Counted from the first letter of the stretch, positions 14,370-25,213 are shown. The stretch: DNA of 32,000 nt from Prochlorococcus marinus subsp. pastoris str. CCMP1986 (GCF_000011465.1 NC_005072.1:1110001-1142000); one strand, 5' to 3'. Notes: generated by a model from the letters alone, not told the origin. Program-made: numbers and translations.

Positions 14370-16171
14370 AATTTTTCCACTTTTTTATTTCTCCAGTTAG
14401 CTTCAAAACCGTTACTCAGTAAATTAGTTGCTTGAGCATTTAAATCACTTTTTTTGATCCTCCATAGATTATAAATTCCATGAACACCTAGTTTTTGATG
14501 ACTAATATTTGACCAATGTTTCTCAATAGATGAATATTTATCTATGACAACCAAAAAGGATTCATTATCGTAATTAGGTTTGTCTTGAAAATTAATCCTT
14601 CTATCAAAGGTCAATCTCTCGGATAAATTAATTACCCCTTCTGCATCTCTAGATTCATAAAAAACTATCTGTTTTGAGTAGAAATGTAATGATGGTTTTC
14701 TTATTCCAATCATTGCAAGAGTTTCACCACCCTGTCGAGTATTTAAAATTTGCTTAGAGATATTTCGTAAAGGTAATTGTCTAGATGTATCTCCTAATTT
14801 CCTTATTGGTGGCATCAAAACAGTTTGTCCAAGCAATAGTAATAATTGTAGATAAAGAAAAATATTATGAGATCTAAAAACAAATAAAACAATTCCCACG
14901 AAAGCAAAAGCAAAGAAAAACAATTTTGCTTTAAAAATTATTCCGGTACTCAATAAGTTTGATGCAAGATTTGGCATTTCAGGATCATTTATCGTGTTCA
15001 ACCAAATATTTGATAAAAAGAACGCTATTGATAACCCAAACAGAATAAAAAGATTAATAATCCACAAAGAAGAAAAGGTTTTTTTTTGATTTCTAAGCTT
15101 CAAATAACTATAACTTGTCAGAATTGCTACAGCTGGCATGGCAGGAAGCCAGTAGCTCGGCAGCTTTGTTGCAGAAATACTAAAAAAAATAAAAACAGAA
15201 CCAAGCCAACATAAACAATAAATAAATAAACTTTCTGAAGGGGTGTAATCTTTTTTAAAACTAGTTTTTAAATCTTTAAAAGCCTCAAATATTCCGTGAA
15301 ATAAAAAAGGTGTAAATGGTAATGATCCTATAATCATTACGTATAAAAAGAACCAAATAGGTTCTGCATGATTATTAACTACGGATGTATATCTCTGGAA
15401 ATTATGATACCCAAAAAAACTATCCCAAAAAGGTCTCCCTTCCTTTATTAACTCTAAAACATACCAAGGCAGGCTTAATAAAACTGTAATTAATAAACCT
15501 CTTTTAGGTTTTATTTTGTCAAGTAAATCCCTCCAATCTTTTTGGATGGATAAAAAAGATGCAATAGTCAATGATGCAAGGACAAAGGCTACTGGTCCTT
15601 TGGTTAAAATTGCAAGCCCCAGAAAAAACCATGGAGAGATACAATTTTCCTTTTTATTACTAGCCATTCTTCTCCAAAACAAAAGAAGGCTTATCCCTAA
15701 ATTCCCGCATAAGAGTGCATCACTTACGGCAGTTCTGCTCCATACAATTAATAGTGGAGACAAGGCAAAGCTCAAAGATGCCACTATCGGAGTAGATAAT
15801 TTTCTATCTCCTTTTTGAGGCCAACAGTATATTGTATCTCCAATCATTAGCATTAAAAATAAGGAAGCCAATGCTGAAGGAAGTCTTGCTGAAATTGTTC
15901 CAAGGCTGTCCCACACCTCGTTTTTCGGTAAGGAATAGAACAAGCCCATTAGCCAATAAATAAGAGGTGGTTTATCAAATCGGAAAATACCATTTACTTT
16001 TGGAGTTAACCAATCGCCAGATTCGCTCATTGCCTTCCCTGCGGCAGCAAAAAGGGGAGGAGTTTCATCTACTAATCCTGTAGAGCCTAAACCTAAAAGA
16101 AAAATTATTATTCCAAAAACCAAAACTACTAAAAAAGTTAGTAGCCTTTCTTTAGACTTAAGAAGAATCAT
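14366..16171 (-). CDS. GT39/GT83-type (ArnT / PMT-like) membrane glycosyltransferase
   Basis: 601 aa with about 12 TM helices. The N-terminal loop is DETPPLFAAAGKAM...RFDKPPLIYW, typical of ArnT/dolichyl-phosphate-mannose transferase-like enzymes. A C-terminal soluble domain follows. Confidence 0.75.
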   Translation of the reverse strand: MILLKSKERLLTFLVVLVFGIIIFLLGLGSTGLVDETPPLFAAAGKAMSESGDWLTPKVNGIFRFDKPPLIYWLMGLFYSLPKNEVWDSLGTISARLPSALASLFLMLMIGDTIYCWPQKGDRKLSTPIVASLSFALSPLLIVWSRTAVSDALLCGNLGISLLLFWRRMASNKKENCISPWFFLGLAILTKGPVAFVLASLTIASFLSIQKDWRDLLDKIKPKRGLLITVLLSLPWYVLELIKEGRPFWDSFFGYHNFQRYTSVVNNHAEPIWFFLYVMIIGSLPFTPFLFHGIFEAFKDLKTSFKKDYTPSESLFIYCLCWLGSVFIFFSISATKLPSYWLPAMPAVAILTSYSYLKLRNQKKTFSSLWIINLFILFGLSIAFFLSNIWLNTINDPEMPNLASNLLSTGIIFKAKLFFFAFAFVGIVLFVFRSHNIFLYLQLLLLLGQTVLMPPIRKLGDTSRQLPLRNISKQILNTRQGGETLAMIGIRKPSLHFYSKQIVFYESRDAEGVINLSERLTFDRRINFQDKPNYDNESFLVVIDKYSSIEKHWSNISHQKLGVHGIYNLWRIKKSDLNAQATNLLSNGFEANWRNKKVEKF

Positions 16172-17262
16172 TTAATATAAATTTGTGTTTGATATTCTTT
16201 AATAACTTTATTAAGCCAATTCACTACTTTACCAGCAAATATATTTGAAGAAGCATTACTATCTACCCATTCTCTACAATTTTTCCGGTCAATCTTATTA
16301 ATGATTTTCAAGTAATTAAGAAGGCTTTTCTTATCATCAGGTTTTGCTAAGTAACCTGTTTTACCATGCTGGATAATTTCACTTGGCCCTCCCCTTTTGT
16401 ATGCCACAACAGGTACTCCACAGGCTAATGCTTCAACTACTACATTTCCATAAGCTTCGTTCCATTTGGGAGTATTAAGTAAAGCTCTACAAGTTCCAAG
16501 TTCTTTCTGTAACTTATCAGTTTCTACAAAACCCTTCCATTCTATAATCCCTGGAGAAAATAATTTTTCTATTTTTAATGCATATGACTCATCTTGAACA
16601 ATTCCCCAAACCTTAAGTTTTTCGCCAAGAGCATTAGCCACATACACTGCATCCTCTAAACCTTTTTCAGGGGCTACTCTTCCTACCCAACCAAGAGGAC
16701 CATTTTTACAATCTTGAAATATATAATTACTTAAATTAAATCCATTCCCAATAACAATTGGATTTTCAATAAAAGGATAATCAGATGCTTGTATCTTTGA
16801 ATGAAAAGCAAAGTTATTAGGAAATTTGGAATAAACTTTTGAAATTAAATTTCTTATAACAAAACTTTCGGAACCCATACTAATAATATGAGCAATTGGA
16901 ATGTTTAAATTTAGAGTCATCCAAATTGGTAGCCAATCGTAAGATAAATTCAAAATAATATCTGCTTTCTTTCCAATATCTATTGCCTTTTCAATCATTC
17001 CTGATAAAAGTGAATTATCAGGAATACTTACTGACGAATAATAATCTTGATGTTGCCAACTTTTTTGCTCTTTTCCTTCTACAAAATGTAATTTTGCTTT
17101 TTTACTAACTTCAAACAATTTAGAGTTATTTGGGGCCACTACGTCAACTGTATGACCTTTTACAATCAAGCCAGCAACTAAAGAGTTTAGAGTAAGCTCA
17201 ACTCCACCGCCTTTACCACTTCCTAAAAAACCAATAGGGGTACTAATTAAAACTATATGCAT
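16168..17262 (-). CDS. GT-B fold glycosyltransferase (group 1 / GT4-like)
   Basis: 364 aa with the C-terminal motif EAYGNVVVEALACGVPVVAYKRGGPSEII. Its stop overlaps the start of the GT39-like gene by 4 nt. Confidence 0.8.
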   Translation of the reverse strand: MHIVLISTPIGFLGSGKGGGVELTLNSLVAGLIVKGHTVDVVAPNNSKLFEVSKKAKLHFVEGKEQKSWQHQDYYSSVSIPDNSLLSGMIEKAIDIGKKADIILNLSYDWLPIWMTLNLNIPIAHIISMGSESFVIRNLISKVYSKFPNNFAFHSKIQASDYPFIENPIVIGNGFNLSNYIFQDCKNGPLGWVGRVAPEKGLEDAVYVANALGEKLKVWGIVQDESYALKIEKLFSPGIIEWKGFVETDKLQKELGTCRALLNTPKWNEAYGNVVVEALACGVPVVAYKRGGPSEIIQHGKTGYLAKPDDKKSLLNYLKIINKIDRKNCREWVDSNASSNIFAGKVVNWLNKVIKEYQTQIYIK

Positions 17263-17291
17263 TCTTTAAAAACTATTTTCCTATTGACTTA

Positions 17292-18233
17292 CTAAATATT
17301 AGTCTTAGTATTTGAAAATTCCCATATAGACTTTCTCTGGCTGACAAAGAAAACTGATATTAGGACAAAAACCACTCCTATCCATTGAACGATTGTTAAT
17401 CTTTCATTTAGGTAAACACCACCACTGAGGAGCGCAAATATTGGAGTTAAAAATGCAAGAGTGCTAAATCCTGTTATTTCTTTATTATTCGCAAAATAGA
17501 AAAATAAACCATATGCCAAAGCGCCCCCAAAGATACTTGCAAATGACATCAGTCCCCAATCAAATATTGACCAATTTGGTATCAATTGAAAATTTGTTTG
17601 TAAGCAATGTTTTATAATAAGAGGGACACTACCCAAAACCATATGCCATCCAGTTACTGCAACAGGATCACTTTTAGTACATGTAAATCTTATCAAAATT
17701 GTTCCAAGTGCCATTGCTAGAGAGGCTCCAAGCATCCATAATTCTCCTACATTAAATGCGATGTCAATAATACTCTTATCAGACATTAGCCACCAACTCT
17801 CCAAAAGTTCTTTTGGAACTCCTAAAAAAATTATTCCACCTAAGCCAAAAAGTAACCCTAACCATCCAATTGGATTAATTAAATTACCAAAAATCGCTCT
17901 TGCTAAGAGTGCTACAATCAAAGGCTGAGAATCAATCAAAACAGAGCCAAGACCTGCACCTGTCTTAGATATCCCATATGTTAAAAATAATTGAAAAAAA
18001 GTTGCGTCTACGATTGTAAAAACCAAAAACCATTTCAAATCACACTTATAAATTTTTAAATCTCTTTTTAATAAATATGTTGTAATAAGAACAAGGATCC
18101 CGGCAGGTAGAAGTCTTAATGAAGCGACAAACTCAGGGCCAGCACTAGAGACTAGAGGGGTCATAGCTGCCATTGAAGTCCCCCAGAGAGCAAAAGGGAG
18201 TATCATTAAAAACCAATTTAGGATTGAATTCAT
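17292..18233 (-). CDS. EamA/DMT-superfamily transporter
   Basis: 313 aa with ten predicted TM helices arranged as two EamA-like halves. Confidence 0.75.
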   Translation of the reverse strand: MNSILNWFLMILPFALWGTSMAAMTPLVSSAGPEFVASLRLLPAGILVLITTYLLKRDLKIYKCDLKWFLVFTIVDATFFQLFLTYGISKTGAGLGSVLIDSQPLIVALLARAIFGNLINPIGWLGLLFGLGGIIFLGVPKELLESWWLMSDKSIIDIAFNVGELWMLGASLAMALGTILIRFTCTKSDPVAVTGWHMVLGSVPLIIKHCLQTNFQLIPNWSIFDWGLMSFASIFGGALAYGLFFYFANNKEITGFSTLAFLTPIFALLSGGVYLNERLTIVQWIGVVFVLISVFFVSQRKSIWEFSNTKTNI

Positions 18234-18271
18234 TAGTTCTGCTGATAGTCTTTTTAAAGTAGATTTATGAT

Positions 18272-19096
18272 TTGTACCTTAAAAGAATGATTTGGCCTTT
18301 TAGACGTAAGTCAAAAAAAAGAATGGCTCGTATAGTAATTGATGAGCCAATAACAAGTTCAACAAGAGTTTCTGTCCTTAAAGCTCTAAAACAAATTGAG
18401 GATAGAGAATTCCCTGCATTAATACTTAGAATCGACTCCCCTGGAGGTACCGTCGGCGATAGTCAAGAAATATACTCTGCTATTAAAAGACTTAAAGAGA
18501 AAGGTTGTAAAGTCGTCGCAAGTTTTGGAAACATATCAGCTTCCGGTGGAGTATATATCGGTGTAGCCTCCGACAAAATTGTAGCGAACCCAGGAACTAT
18601 AACGGGTTCGATTGGGGTAATAATAAGAGGAAATAATTTATCTGAACTTTTGAATAAAATTGGTATTAAGTTTGAGACGGTAAAAAGCGGAATTTATAAA
18701 GATATTCTTTCCCCAGATAAGCCTTTAAGTAAGGAAGGGAGAGAACTTTTACAAGGATTAATCAATGAGAGTTACAAACAATTCACTGAGGCTGTATCTG
18801 AAGGTAGAAATTTACTTGTAGACGATGTAAAGAAATTTGCTGATGGAAGAATCTTTACTGGAACACAAGCAAAAGATCTTGGATTAGTTGACAAGATTGG
18901 AGATGAGTTTGTTGCAAGGGAGCTTGCAGCAGAGATGGTAAATATCGATCCAAAAATACAACCGGTAACTTTTGGTAAGAAGAAAAAGAAAATATTAGGG
19001 CTTATACCAGGGAGTAGAATTGTAGAAAAAATTATTCATAATATATTTTTTGAAGTAAATTCATCTAATAAAATACTTTGGTTATATAAACCTTAA
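18272..19096 (+). CDS. sppA: Signal peptide peptidase SppA (36K type)
   Basis: 274 aa with ILRIDSPGGTVGDS and SASGGVYIG motifs. The TTG start is at 18272, and the ATG at 18287 is an equally plausible start. Confidence 0.85.
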   Translation: MYLKRMIWPFRRKSKKRMARIVIDEPITSSTRVSVLKALKQIEDREFPALILRIDSPGGTVGDSQEIYSAIKRLKEKGCKVVASFGNISASGGVYIGVASDKIVANPGTITGSIGVIIRGNNLSELLNKIGIKFETVKSGIYKDILSPDKPLSKEGRELLQGLINESYKQFTEAVSEGRNLLVDDVKKFADGRIFTGTQAKDLGLVDKIGDEFVARELAAEMVNIDPKIQPVTFGKKKKKILGLIPGSRIVEKIIHNIFFEVNSSNKILWLYKP

Positions 19097-19103
19097 ATCC
19101 GTT

Positions 19104-19487
19104 ATGATTGAAAAATTTGAAGGAAATTACCAATTAACAATCATAAGAGGGGCTACGAATGCAAAAGATAATTCTGTAAAAGAAATCGAGAGTGCTGTAG
19201 TTGAATTAATCGAAGAATTAATTACAAGAAATAATATCGTTGTAAATAATTTGTTATCAATTACATTTACTGTGACAAATGATTTAGATGCATGTTTTCC
19301 TGCTTCCATTGCAAGAAAATGTAAAAGTCTTGATTCAGTAGCGTTCTTAGACTGCCAACAAATGTACGTTCCAAATGATATTGATTTTTGCATTAGATTA
19401 ATGGCACAAGTTTTGTTACCTGCGGATCAAACTGTTAATCATCCTTATTTAAGATGCGCTTCAAAATTAAGGGCTGATAGATGTTAA
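19104..19487 (+). CDS. aroH: Monofunctional chorismate mutase, AroH class
   Basis: 127 aa. IRGATNAKDNS...ELIEELITRNN...SITFTVTNDLDACFPA parallels Bacillus AroH. Confidence 0.85.
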   Translation: MIEKFEGNYQLTIIRGATNAKDNSVKEIESAVVELIEELITRNNIVVNNLLSITFTVTNDLDACFPASIARKCKSLDSVAFLDCQQMYVPNDIDFCIRLMAQVLLPADQTVNHPYLRCASKLRADRC

Positions 19488-19552
19488 TCTTATTAAAACA
19501 ATTCTCTCTATAAACTCGATAGTTAAATAACCAATCATCTATTTATCTAAAC

Positions 19553-20128
19553 ATGATGTTTAACAAACAAAAAAAATTAATTTTAAATTTAAAAATTTTA
19601 AAGCTGCTATTTTTTTCACCTTTGTTGATTTCAATTCCATTTTATCTTGGGAATAGTGATGCAAAGGCAGGATTAGAATTTCAATGGGATCAAGATTCAG
19701 GATATAGAAGATTAAAGTGGTTCCAAAAAGAAAACAAAAAAAGATTTAGAAATACAATCTTTTTCTTTTTAAGACCTTCTGATAGGCAAGCAAATCTTCT
19801 TAAAATTACATTAAACATTCCCAAAACATTCGATTCAACTCTTAAGGATAAAGTAAGTTTTTGTAAGGTAAAAATAGGAGGCTTTGAAGGTCGTACCAAA
19901 TGTATAGAAGATATTCCTGCAGATGTAGATATAAATGAAGATAATTCATCACTAGATATATATCCTTATAGCCCAATCCCTTCAAATAAAGATAGTTACG
20001 CGATTGTTTTTAAAAAAATATCTAATCCTAAAAAGTCTGGTCTTAAGCAATTCCATTCTTATGGTCAGTATGCTCAAAAGAATACCTCTTCAAGATATTT
20101 AGGAAGCTGGACTATAGTGATCGATTAA
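19553..20128 (+). CDS. Secreted or membrane-anchored hypothetical protein (191 aa)
   Basis: The N-terminal hydrophobic segment LKLLFFSPLLISIPFYLG looks like a signal or anchor sequence. No family recognised with confidence. Confidence 0.6.
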   Translation: MMFNKQKKLILNLKILKLLFFSPLLISIPFYLGNSDAKAGLEFQWDQDSGYRRLKWFQKENKKRFRNTIFFFLRPSDRQANLLKITLNIPKTFDSTLKDKVSFCKVKIGGFEGRTKCIEDIPADVDINEDNSSLDIYPYSPIPSNKDSYAIVFKKISNPKKSGLKQFHSYGQYAQKNTSSRYLGSWTIVID

Positions 20129-20158
20129 GTGATAAATTAATAAAGGATAATAAAAAAA

Positions 20159-20296
20159 ATGACAAAAAGAACATTCGGCGGAACATCAAGGAAAAGAAAA
20201 CGTGTATCTGGTTTTAGAGTAAGAATGCGTTCTCATACAGGAAGAAGAGTTATTAAAAGCAGAAGAAAAAGAGGTAGAGAGAGAATAGCAGTTTAA
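20159..20296 (+). CDS. rpmH: 50S ribosomal protein L34
   Basis: Hand-translated 45 aa: [45 protein letters not shown]. It is absent from the ORF track because of its size. Canonical position upstream of rnpA. Confidence 0.95.
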   Translation: MTKRTFGGTSRKRKRVSGFRVRMRSHTGRRVIKSRRKRGRERIAV

Positions 20297-20306
20297 CTAT
20301 TTTTTT

Positions 20307-20696
20307 ATGATGGCCTTGCCCAAAGCTATGCGTTTAAAAGGTCATAGGACTTTTGATTATATTCATAAAAATTCTGTTAAATATTATGGGAAGTTAATTA
20401 CTTTCAAAATAGCAAGAGCAAATCCAAAAATTCTCATGTCCCATAATAATGTTCATAGTTTAAATAATTTTAAAGTTGCCATATCTATAAGTAAGAAAGT
20501 ATCAAAAAAAGCAGTAGAAAGAAATAAACTTAGGAGAATATTGCAGGATTCTTTATTAAAAAATTTCAGCCTGCAGAATAACCACAAACCTTATTGGTTA
20601 CTTGTTAACCTTAAAGCTGGTAATTTCTACAATGATAAGATAAATCTATTGGAGGAATTTCAATACCTAATTTTTAAGTCAGGTTTATTTAAATGA
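20307..20696 (+). CDS. rnpA: RNase P protein component
   Basis: 129 aa, basic, starting LPKAMRLKGHRTFDYI..., with KAVERNKLRRIL. Follows rpmH. Confidence 0.85.
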   Translation: MMALPKAMRLKGHRTFDYIHKNSVKYYGKLITFKIARANPKILMSHNNVHSLNNFKVAISISKKVSKKAVERNKLRRILQDSLLKNFSLQNNHKPYWLLVNLKAGNFYNDKINLLEEFQYLIFKSGLFK

Positions 20697-21106
20697 TTAA
20701 CATTAATGAAGAATCGTTTTATGAGGGTGGCCCAGCTCGAAGTGATTTAATAATCAATTTATTTGCTGGTCTAACTCTTCTTGGTCTTCCATTCACATTT
20801 GCTGCAATAGTAAGAGCTTTATGGTTAAGATATAAAATTACCAATAAAAGAATAACTATTGATGGGGGATGGTTTGGCAAAAATAAAACTCAGGTATCTT
20901 TAAGCAATATTGAAGAGATAAGATCTATCCCGAGAGGATTTGGATCTTATGGAGACATGGTTTTAATACTCAACGATGGCTCTAAAGTTGAAATGAAATC
21001 TTTACCTTTATTTAGAGAAAAACAAAAGTTTATTGAGGAAAATATGGTTAAAAGATCACAAACATTAAATCTTAATGAGGTTGAGGGATTTGCTACTAAA
21101 TCTTGA
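20693..21106 (+). CDS. Membrane-anchored PH-domain (bPH/YdbS-like) protein
   Basis: 137 aa. A TM hairpin is followed by YKITNKRITIDGGWFGKNKTQVSLSNIEEI, typical of bacterial PH domains. ATGA overlap with rnpA. Confidence 0.6.
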   Translation: MININEESFYEGGPARSDLIINLFAGLTLLGLPFTFAAIVRALWLRYKITNKRITIDGGWFGKNKTQVSLSNIEEIRSIPRGFGSYGDMVLILNDGSKVEMKSLPLFREKQKFIEENMVKRSQTLNLNEVEGFATKS

Positions 21107-21178
21107 TTAAATTAATTACAAAAGTTTTATTATCCTGTAAAATAAAGTGTCAAATAAATTCAATTCTTCTTTAATATC

Positions 21179-22318
21179 GTGATCGGGTTCATTTCAGAAA
21201 AATTATTAATCCCGATTCTAGATTTTTTCTACGGGTTAGTCCCTAGTTATGGTTTGGCCATTGTTGCATTAACAGTCGTAATTAGAATAGCTCTATTCCC
21301 GCTAAGCGCAGGTTCTATTAGAAGCGCTAGGAGGATGAAAATAGCACAACCTGTAATGCAAAAGAGGCAAGCAGAAATAAAGTCTAAATTTTCAAGTGAT
21401 CCAAAGAAACAGCAAGAAGAATTGGGCAAATTAATGAATGAATTTGGTAGTCCTCTAGCAGGATGTTTACCTTTAATAGTTCAAATGCCTGTTTTATTTG
21501 CATTATTTGCAACTTTAAGAGGATCACCTTTCGCAGATGTCCCATACAACATAAATTTAAAAGTTCTACCACAAGATCAAATTGCCGCTATTGACCCGAA
21601 GCCATATAAATCCCCGAGACATTCAATATTTGTAACAGAAAAATCCCATTTTCCTGTCATTGCTACCCTTCCTAACGGTACAAAATTGGGTTCTGAAGAA
21701 TCAGTTAAGATAAACTTGCAGACAACAAATGGGAACAACTATTCTGAAGTACTATCAAATTATGATAATGGTTCAAGATTTCTTCCTACTTGGACAGTGT
21801 CAAAAGGTTCAGAAAACATTAAAGTTTCTCAAGACGGATTAGTTACCGCAATCAAGCCAGGGGATGCAACAATTGAAGCTAAAATACCTGGATTAGCGGC
21901 AAAAAGCGGGTTTTTGTTTATTAAAGCACTTGGACAGGTTGGGTTTTATGTAGACGGTTCAATCAATTGGGATATAGCTACTTTAGTTGGAGCTTTCGGT
22001 TTAACCTTGCTTCTCTCACAAGTTTTATCTAGTCAAGGGATGCCTTCAAACGCGCAACAATCTACTGCTAATAAAATTACTCCTGTAATGATTACGGGTA
22101 TGTTTTTGTTTTTTCCTTTACCAGCTGGAGTATTACTTTATATGGTTGTAGCGAACATATTCCAGGCGTTTCAGACTTTTCTGCTAAACAAAGAAGCTCT
22201 TCCAGCAAACTTACAAAAAATTCTTGATGATCAATTAACAGGCAAAAATAAAGTAATACCCTCTACTGCCAACATCTCAGATAAAAGATTACCATTTGAA
22301 CCTAATAACAAAAAATAG
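21179..22318 (+). CDS. yidC: Membrane protein insertase YidC/Oxa1/Alb3 family
   Basis: 379 aa with GTG start. [19 protein letters not shown], a coiled hairpin, [16 protein letters not shown] and [15 protein letters not shown] are YidC core helices. There is a long insert between the core helices (see finding). Confidence 0.88.
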   Translation: MIGFISEKLLIPILDFFYGLVPSYGLAIVALTVVIRIALFPLSAGSIRSARRMKIAQPVMQKRQAEIKSKFSSDPKKQQEELGKLMNEFGSPLAGCLPLIVQMPVLFALFATLRGSPFADVPYNINLKVLPQDQIAAIDPKPYKSPRHSIFVTEKSHFPVIATLPNGTKLGSEESVKINLQTTNGNNYSEVLSNYDNGSRFLPTWTVSKGSENIKVSQDGLVTAIKPGDATIEAKIPGLAAKSGFLFIKALGQVGFYVDGSINWDIATLVGAFGLTLLLSQVLSSQGMPSNAQQSTANKITPVMITGMFLFFPLPAGVLLYMVVANIFQAFQTFLLNKEALPANLQKILDDQLTGKNKVIPSTANISDKRLPFEPNNKK

Positions 22319-22338
22319 TTTTTCTTTTTAGATAGATA

Positions 22339-23805
22339 ATGGATTCTTGGAGTAGAAATTTCGAATTACTTATAAACTCCAGAACTCCTTTAATTTGGAT
22401 AAGAACAAAAGAAGAAGAAAGATTATACAAAGTTATTGATAAATCATGTAAAAAATTAAATATTAAAAGATTCGTATCTTGGGATTGTGTTAATGGCATC
22501 AAAGGAGTATTAAATGAAAATGGCAAATTTTCGAACAATCCGCTGGGAGTTCTTAATTGGATAAAGGCACAAACGTCTGAAATACCTACAATTTTATTGG
22601 TAAGAGATTTTCATAAATTTTATGATGATCCATCTATCAGTAGAACAATAAAAGAATTATCATCTTCACTTAGAGAAACGAACAATAACCTAATTCTTAG
22701 TTCACATATATTGCCATCATCTGAAGAACTTGATGATTTAATTACAATACTCAACTTACCTCTACCTGATTTAAGTGAATTGACAGCTCTTATAAAAAAA
22801 ATTGCTTTTAATACTGATTCTGATTTAAGCGAACAAGACCTAAACGAGCTTGCAATAGCTTCAAGTGGATTAAGCGAAATAAAAGTTAAGCAAGTAACAG
22901 CAAAAGCACTCGCTCAAAGAGGAAAAATAAGTAAATTTGATATCAAAGATATTCTTGAAGAGAAAAAACAGGTTATTGCTAGAAGTGAAATATTAGAATT
23001 TTGTGAAAGTAAGTCAAGTCAAAATGATATTGGAGGTTTGAAATTATTAAAAACTTGGCTTAAACAAAGATATAGAGCTTTTTCAAAAGAAGCCCAAGAA
23101 TACGGATTGCCAATTCCTAAAGGTGTCTTATTAGTTGGGCCACAAGGAACTGGGAAATCTTTAACAGCCAAATCAATTTCTGAAAGCTGGTCGATGCCTC
23201 TTCTTAGACTTGATGTCGGTAGATTATTTTCAAGTCTTGTAGGGTCAAGTGAGGCAAGAACAAGAGAGACAATTTCAAGAGCAGAAGCAATGTCACCATG
23301 CATCCTATGGATTGATGAAATTGATAAGGGATTTGGTGGAGATGCTAGAAGTGATGGAGGAACTAGTCAAAGAGTTTTAGCTAGTTTGCTAACTTGGATG
23401 GCAGAAAAAGAATCAGCAGTATTTGTAATTGCTACCGCTAATGCTATCGATAAGCTCCCAGCAGAATTATTGAGGAAAGGTAGATTTGATGAAATATTTT
23501 TTCTTGATTTACCAAATTCTGAAGAAAGATTGAGCATTCTTGATTTGCACCTTAAGAAAAGGAGACCTAGCTATAGTTTTCCTCTTTCAACAATAATTGA
23601 TCGAACAGATGGATATTCAGGAGCGGAACTTGAGCAAGCAGTTATAGAGGGTATGCACTTTTCATTCTCTGAAAATAGAGAATTAATGGAAAAAGATTTA
23701 ATTAAAGCTGTTTCTGAATTAGTGCCGTTATCACGCACAGCTAAAGAGCAAATAGATTTATTAAAAGAATGGTCTTCTACAGGCCGAGCTCGTTCTGCAT
23801 CTTAG
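22339..23805 (+). CDS. ycf46: AAA+ ATPase, Ycf46-like
   Basis: 488 aa. The N-terminal LLINSRTPLIWIRTKEEER...SWDCVNG pattern matches Ycf46. The C-terminal AAA module has Walker A GPQGTGKS, Walker B ILWIDEID and second-region-of-homology residues. Confidence 0.7.
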   Translation: MDSWSRNFELLINSRTPLIWIRTKEEERLYKVIDKSCKKLNIKRFVSWDCVNGIKGVLNENGKFSNNPLGVLNWIKAQTSEIPTILLVRDFHKFYDDPSISRTIKELSSSLRETNNNLILSSHILPSSEELDDLITILNLPLPDLSELTALIKKIAFNTDSDLSEQDLNELAIASSGLSEIKVKQVTAKALAQRGKISKFDIKDILEEKKQVIARSEILEFCESKSSQNDIGGLKLLKTWLKQRYRAFSKEAQEYGLPIPKGVLLVGPQGTGKSLTAKSISESWSMPLLRLDVGRLFSSLVGSSEARTRETISRAEAMSPCILWIDEIDKGFGGDARSDGGTSQRVLASLLTWMAEKESAVFVIATANAIDKLPAELLRKGRFDEIFFLDLPNSEERLSILDLHLKKRRPSYSFPLSTIIDRTDGYSGAELEQAVIEGMHFSFSENRELMEKDLIKAVSELVPLSRTAKEQIDLLKEWSSTGRARSAS

Positions 23806-23929
23806 TTTCTTTTTAATTTAAAAATGTAAATTAAGTTAGTAATCTATGTATTTAATTAATTTTTCATCAAAAAGCTCTGATAATGATTTGAGATAAACTA
23901 TCTTATTAAGATATGAAAAATTAAAAAGA

Positions 23930-25204
23930 GTGTTAGATCAAAAATTAATAAGAGAAAATCCAACATTTGTAGAAGATAATTTATCCTTAAGAGGTAAAGT
24001 TTATGATATAGCTCGCATACGTGAACTAAGTTTAGAGAGAAAAGAAATTGACACCGAAATATCAAGTCTGCAATCAGAAAGTAAAAAATTAAGCAAAATA
24101 ATTGGCCAAGAAATAAGAAATTCTAATATTAATTCTAAGGAACTCAATGAATTAAAAGATAAGGGAAATAAATACAGAATAAAAGTTTCTGAATTTGAAG
24201 AACAAAAAAGAATTCTAGACAAACAACTTCAAGATGAAATATCAAAATTACCTAATTTACCAAGTAAAGATGCACCTCTTGGAGAAAATGAAAATAATAA
24301 TATTCAAATTAAAGAATGGGGAGATCCTCTAACAAAAGATAATCTCAAAGCTCACTGGGAGATAGGTGAAAATTTAAATCTATTTGATTCCGTAAAGTCA
24401 ACCAAAATTTCAAAAAGTCGTTTTATTACCCTTACAGGAAATGGAGCAAGGTTGGAGAGGGCTCTAGTTAATTTCATGCTAGATGTTCATTCAAATAACG
24501 GGTACTTAGAATTAATGCCTCCAGCTTTAGTTAATTCAGAAAGTCTTCAAGGATCTGGCCAACTTCCAAAATTTTCAAATGAAAGTTTTAAGTGTGCTAA
24601 TGACGATTTATGGCTCTCTCCAACAGCAGAAGTTCCTCTGACTGCTTTTCATAAAAATGAGATTATTGATCCAAAAATTTTGCCTTTAAAGTATGTAGCT
24701 TACAGCCCTTGTTTTAGAAGAGAAGCGGGTAGTTATGGAAGGGATACAAAAGGATTAATAAGACTTCATCAATTTAATAAGGTTGAATTATATTGGTTTT
24801 GTCATCCAAATAAATCACTAGAGGCTCATAAAGAGATAACGGCAGATGCAGAAAGTATCCTAAAAAAGCTCAACTTGCCCTACAGATCAGTAGATATTTG
24901 CACTGGAGATTTAGGTTTTTCTTCTAGCAGAACTTTCGATCTTGAAGTTTGGCTGCCGAGCAGTCAATGTTATAGAGAAATATCTAGTTGCAGTAATTGC
25001 CTAGACTTTCAAGCTCGTAGATCATCAATAAGAACAAAAATTGATAAGAAAACTTCTTATATCCACACTTTAAATGGAAGTGGTTTAGCTATTGGAAGAA
25101 CAATGGCAGCAATTCTTGAAAACGGCCAACAACTTGATGGAAGTGTAAAAATTCCTGATGCTCTTGTTCCATACTTTGGATCATCTTTCATAAAAACTAC
25201 CTAA
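23930..25204 (+). CDS. serS: Seryl-tRNA synthetase
   Basis: 424 aa with GTG start. [11 protein letters not shown], a coiled-coil arm and class-II motifs ([16 protein letters not shown]). Confidence 0.95.
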   Translation: MLDQKLIRENPTFVEDNLSLRGKVYDIARIRELSLERKEIDTEISSLQSESKKLSKIIGQEIRNSNINSKELNELKDKGNKYRIKVSEFEEQKRILDKQLQDEISKLPNLPSKDAPLGENENNNIQIKEWGDPLTKDNLKAHWEIGENLNLFDSVKSTKISKSRFITLTGNGARLERALVNFMLDVHSNNGYLELMPPALVNSESLQGSGQLPKFSNESFKCANDDLWLSPTAEVPLTAFHKNEIIDPKILPLKYVAYSPCFRREAGSYGRDTKGLIRLHQFNKVELYWFCHPNKSLEAHKEITADAESILKKLNLPYRSVDICTGDLGFSSSRTFDLEVWLPSSQCYREISSCSNCLDFQARRSSIRTKIDKKTSYIHTLNGSGLAIGRTMAAILENGQQLDGSVKIPDALVPYFGSSFIKTT

Positions 25205-25213
25205 TATAAAATA

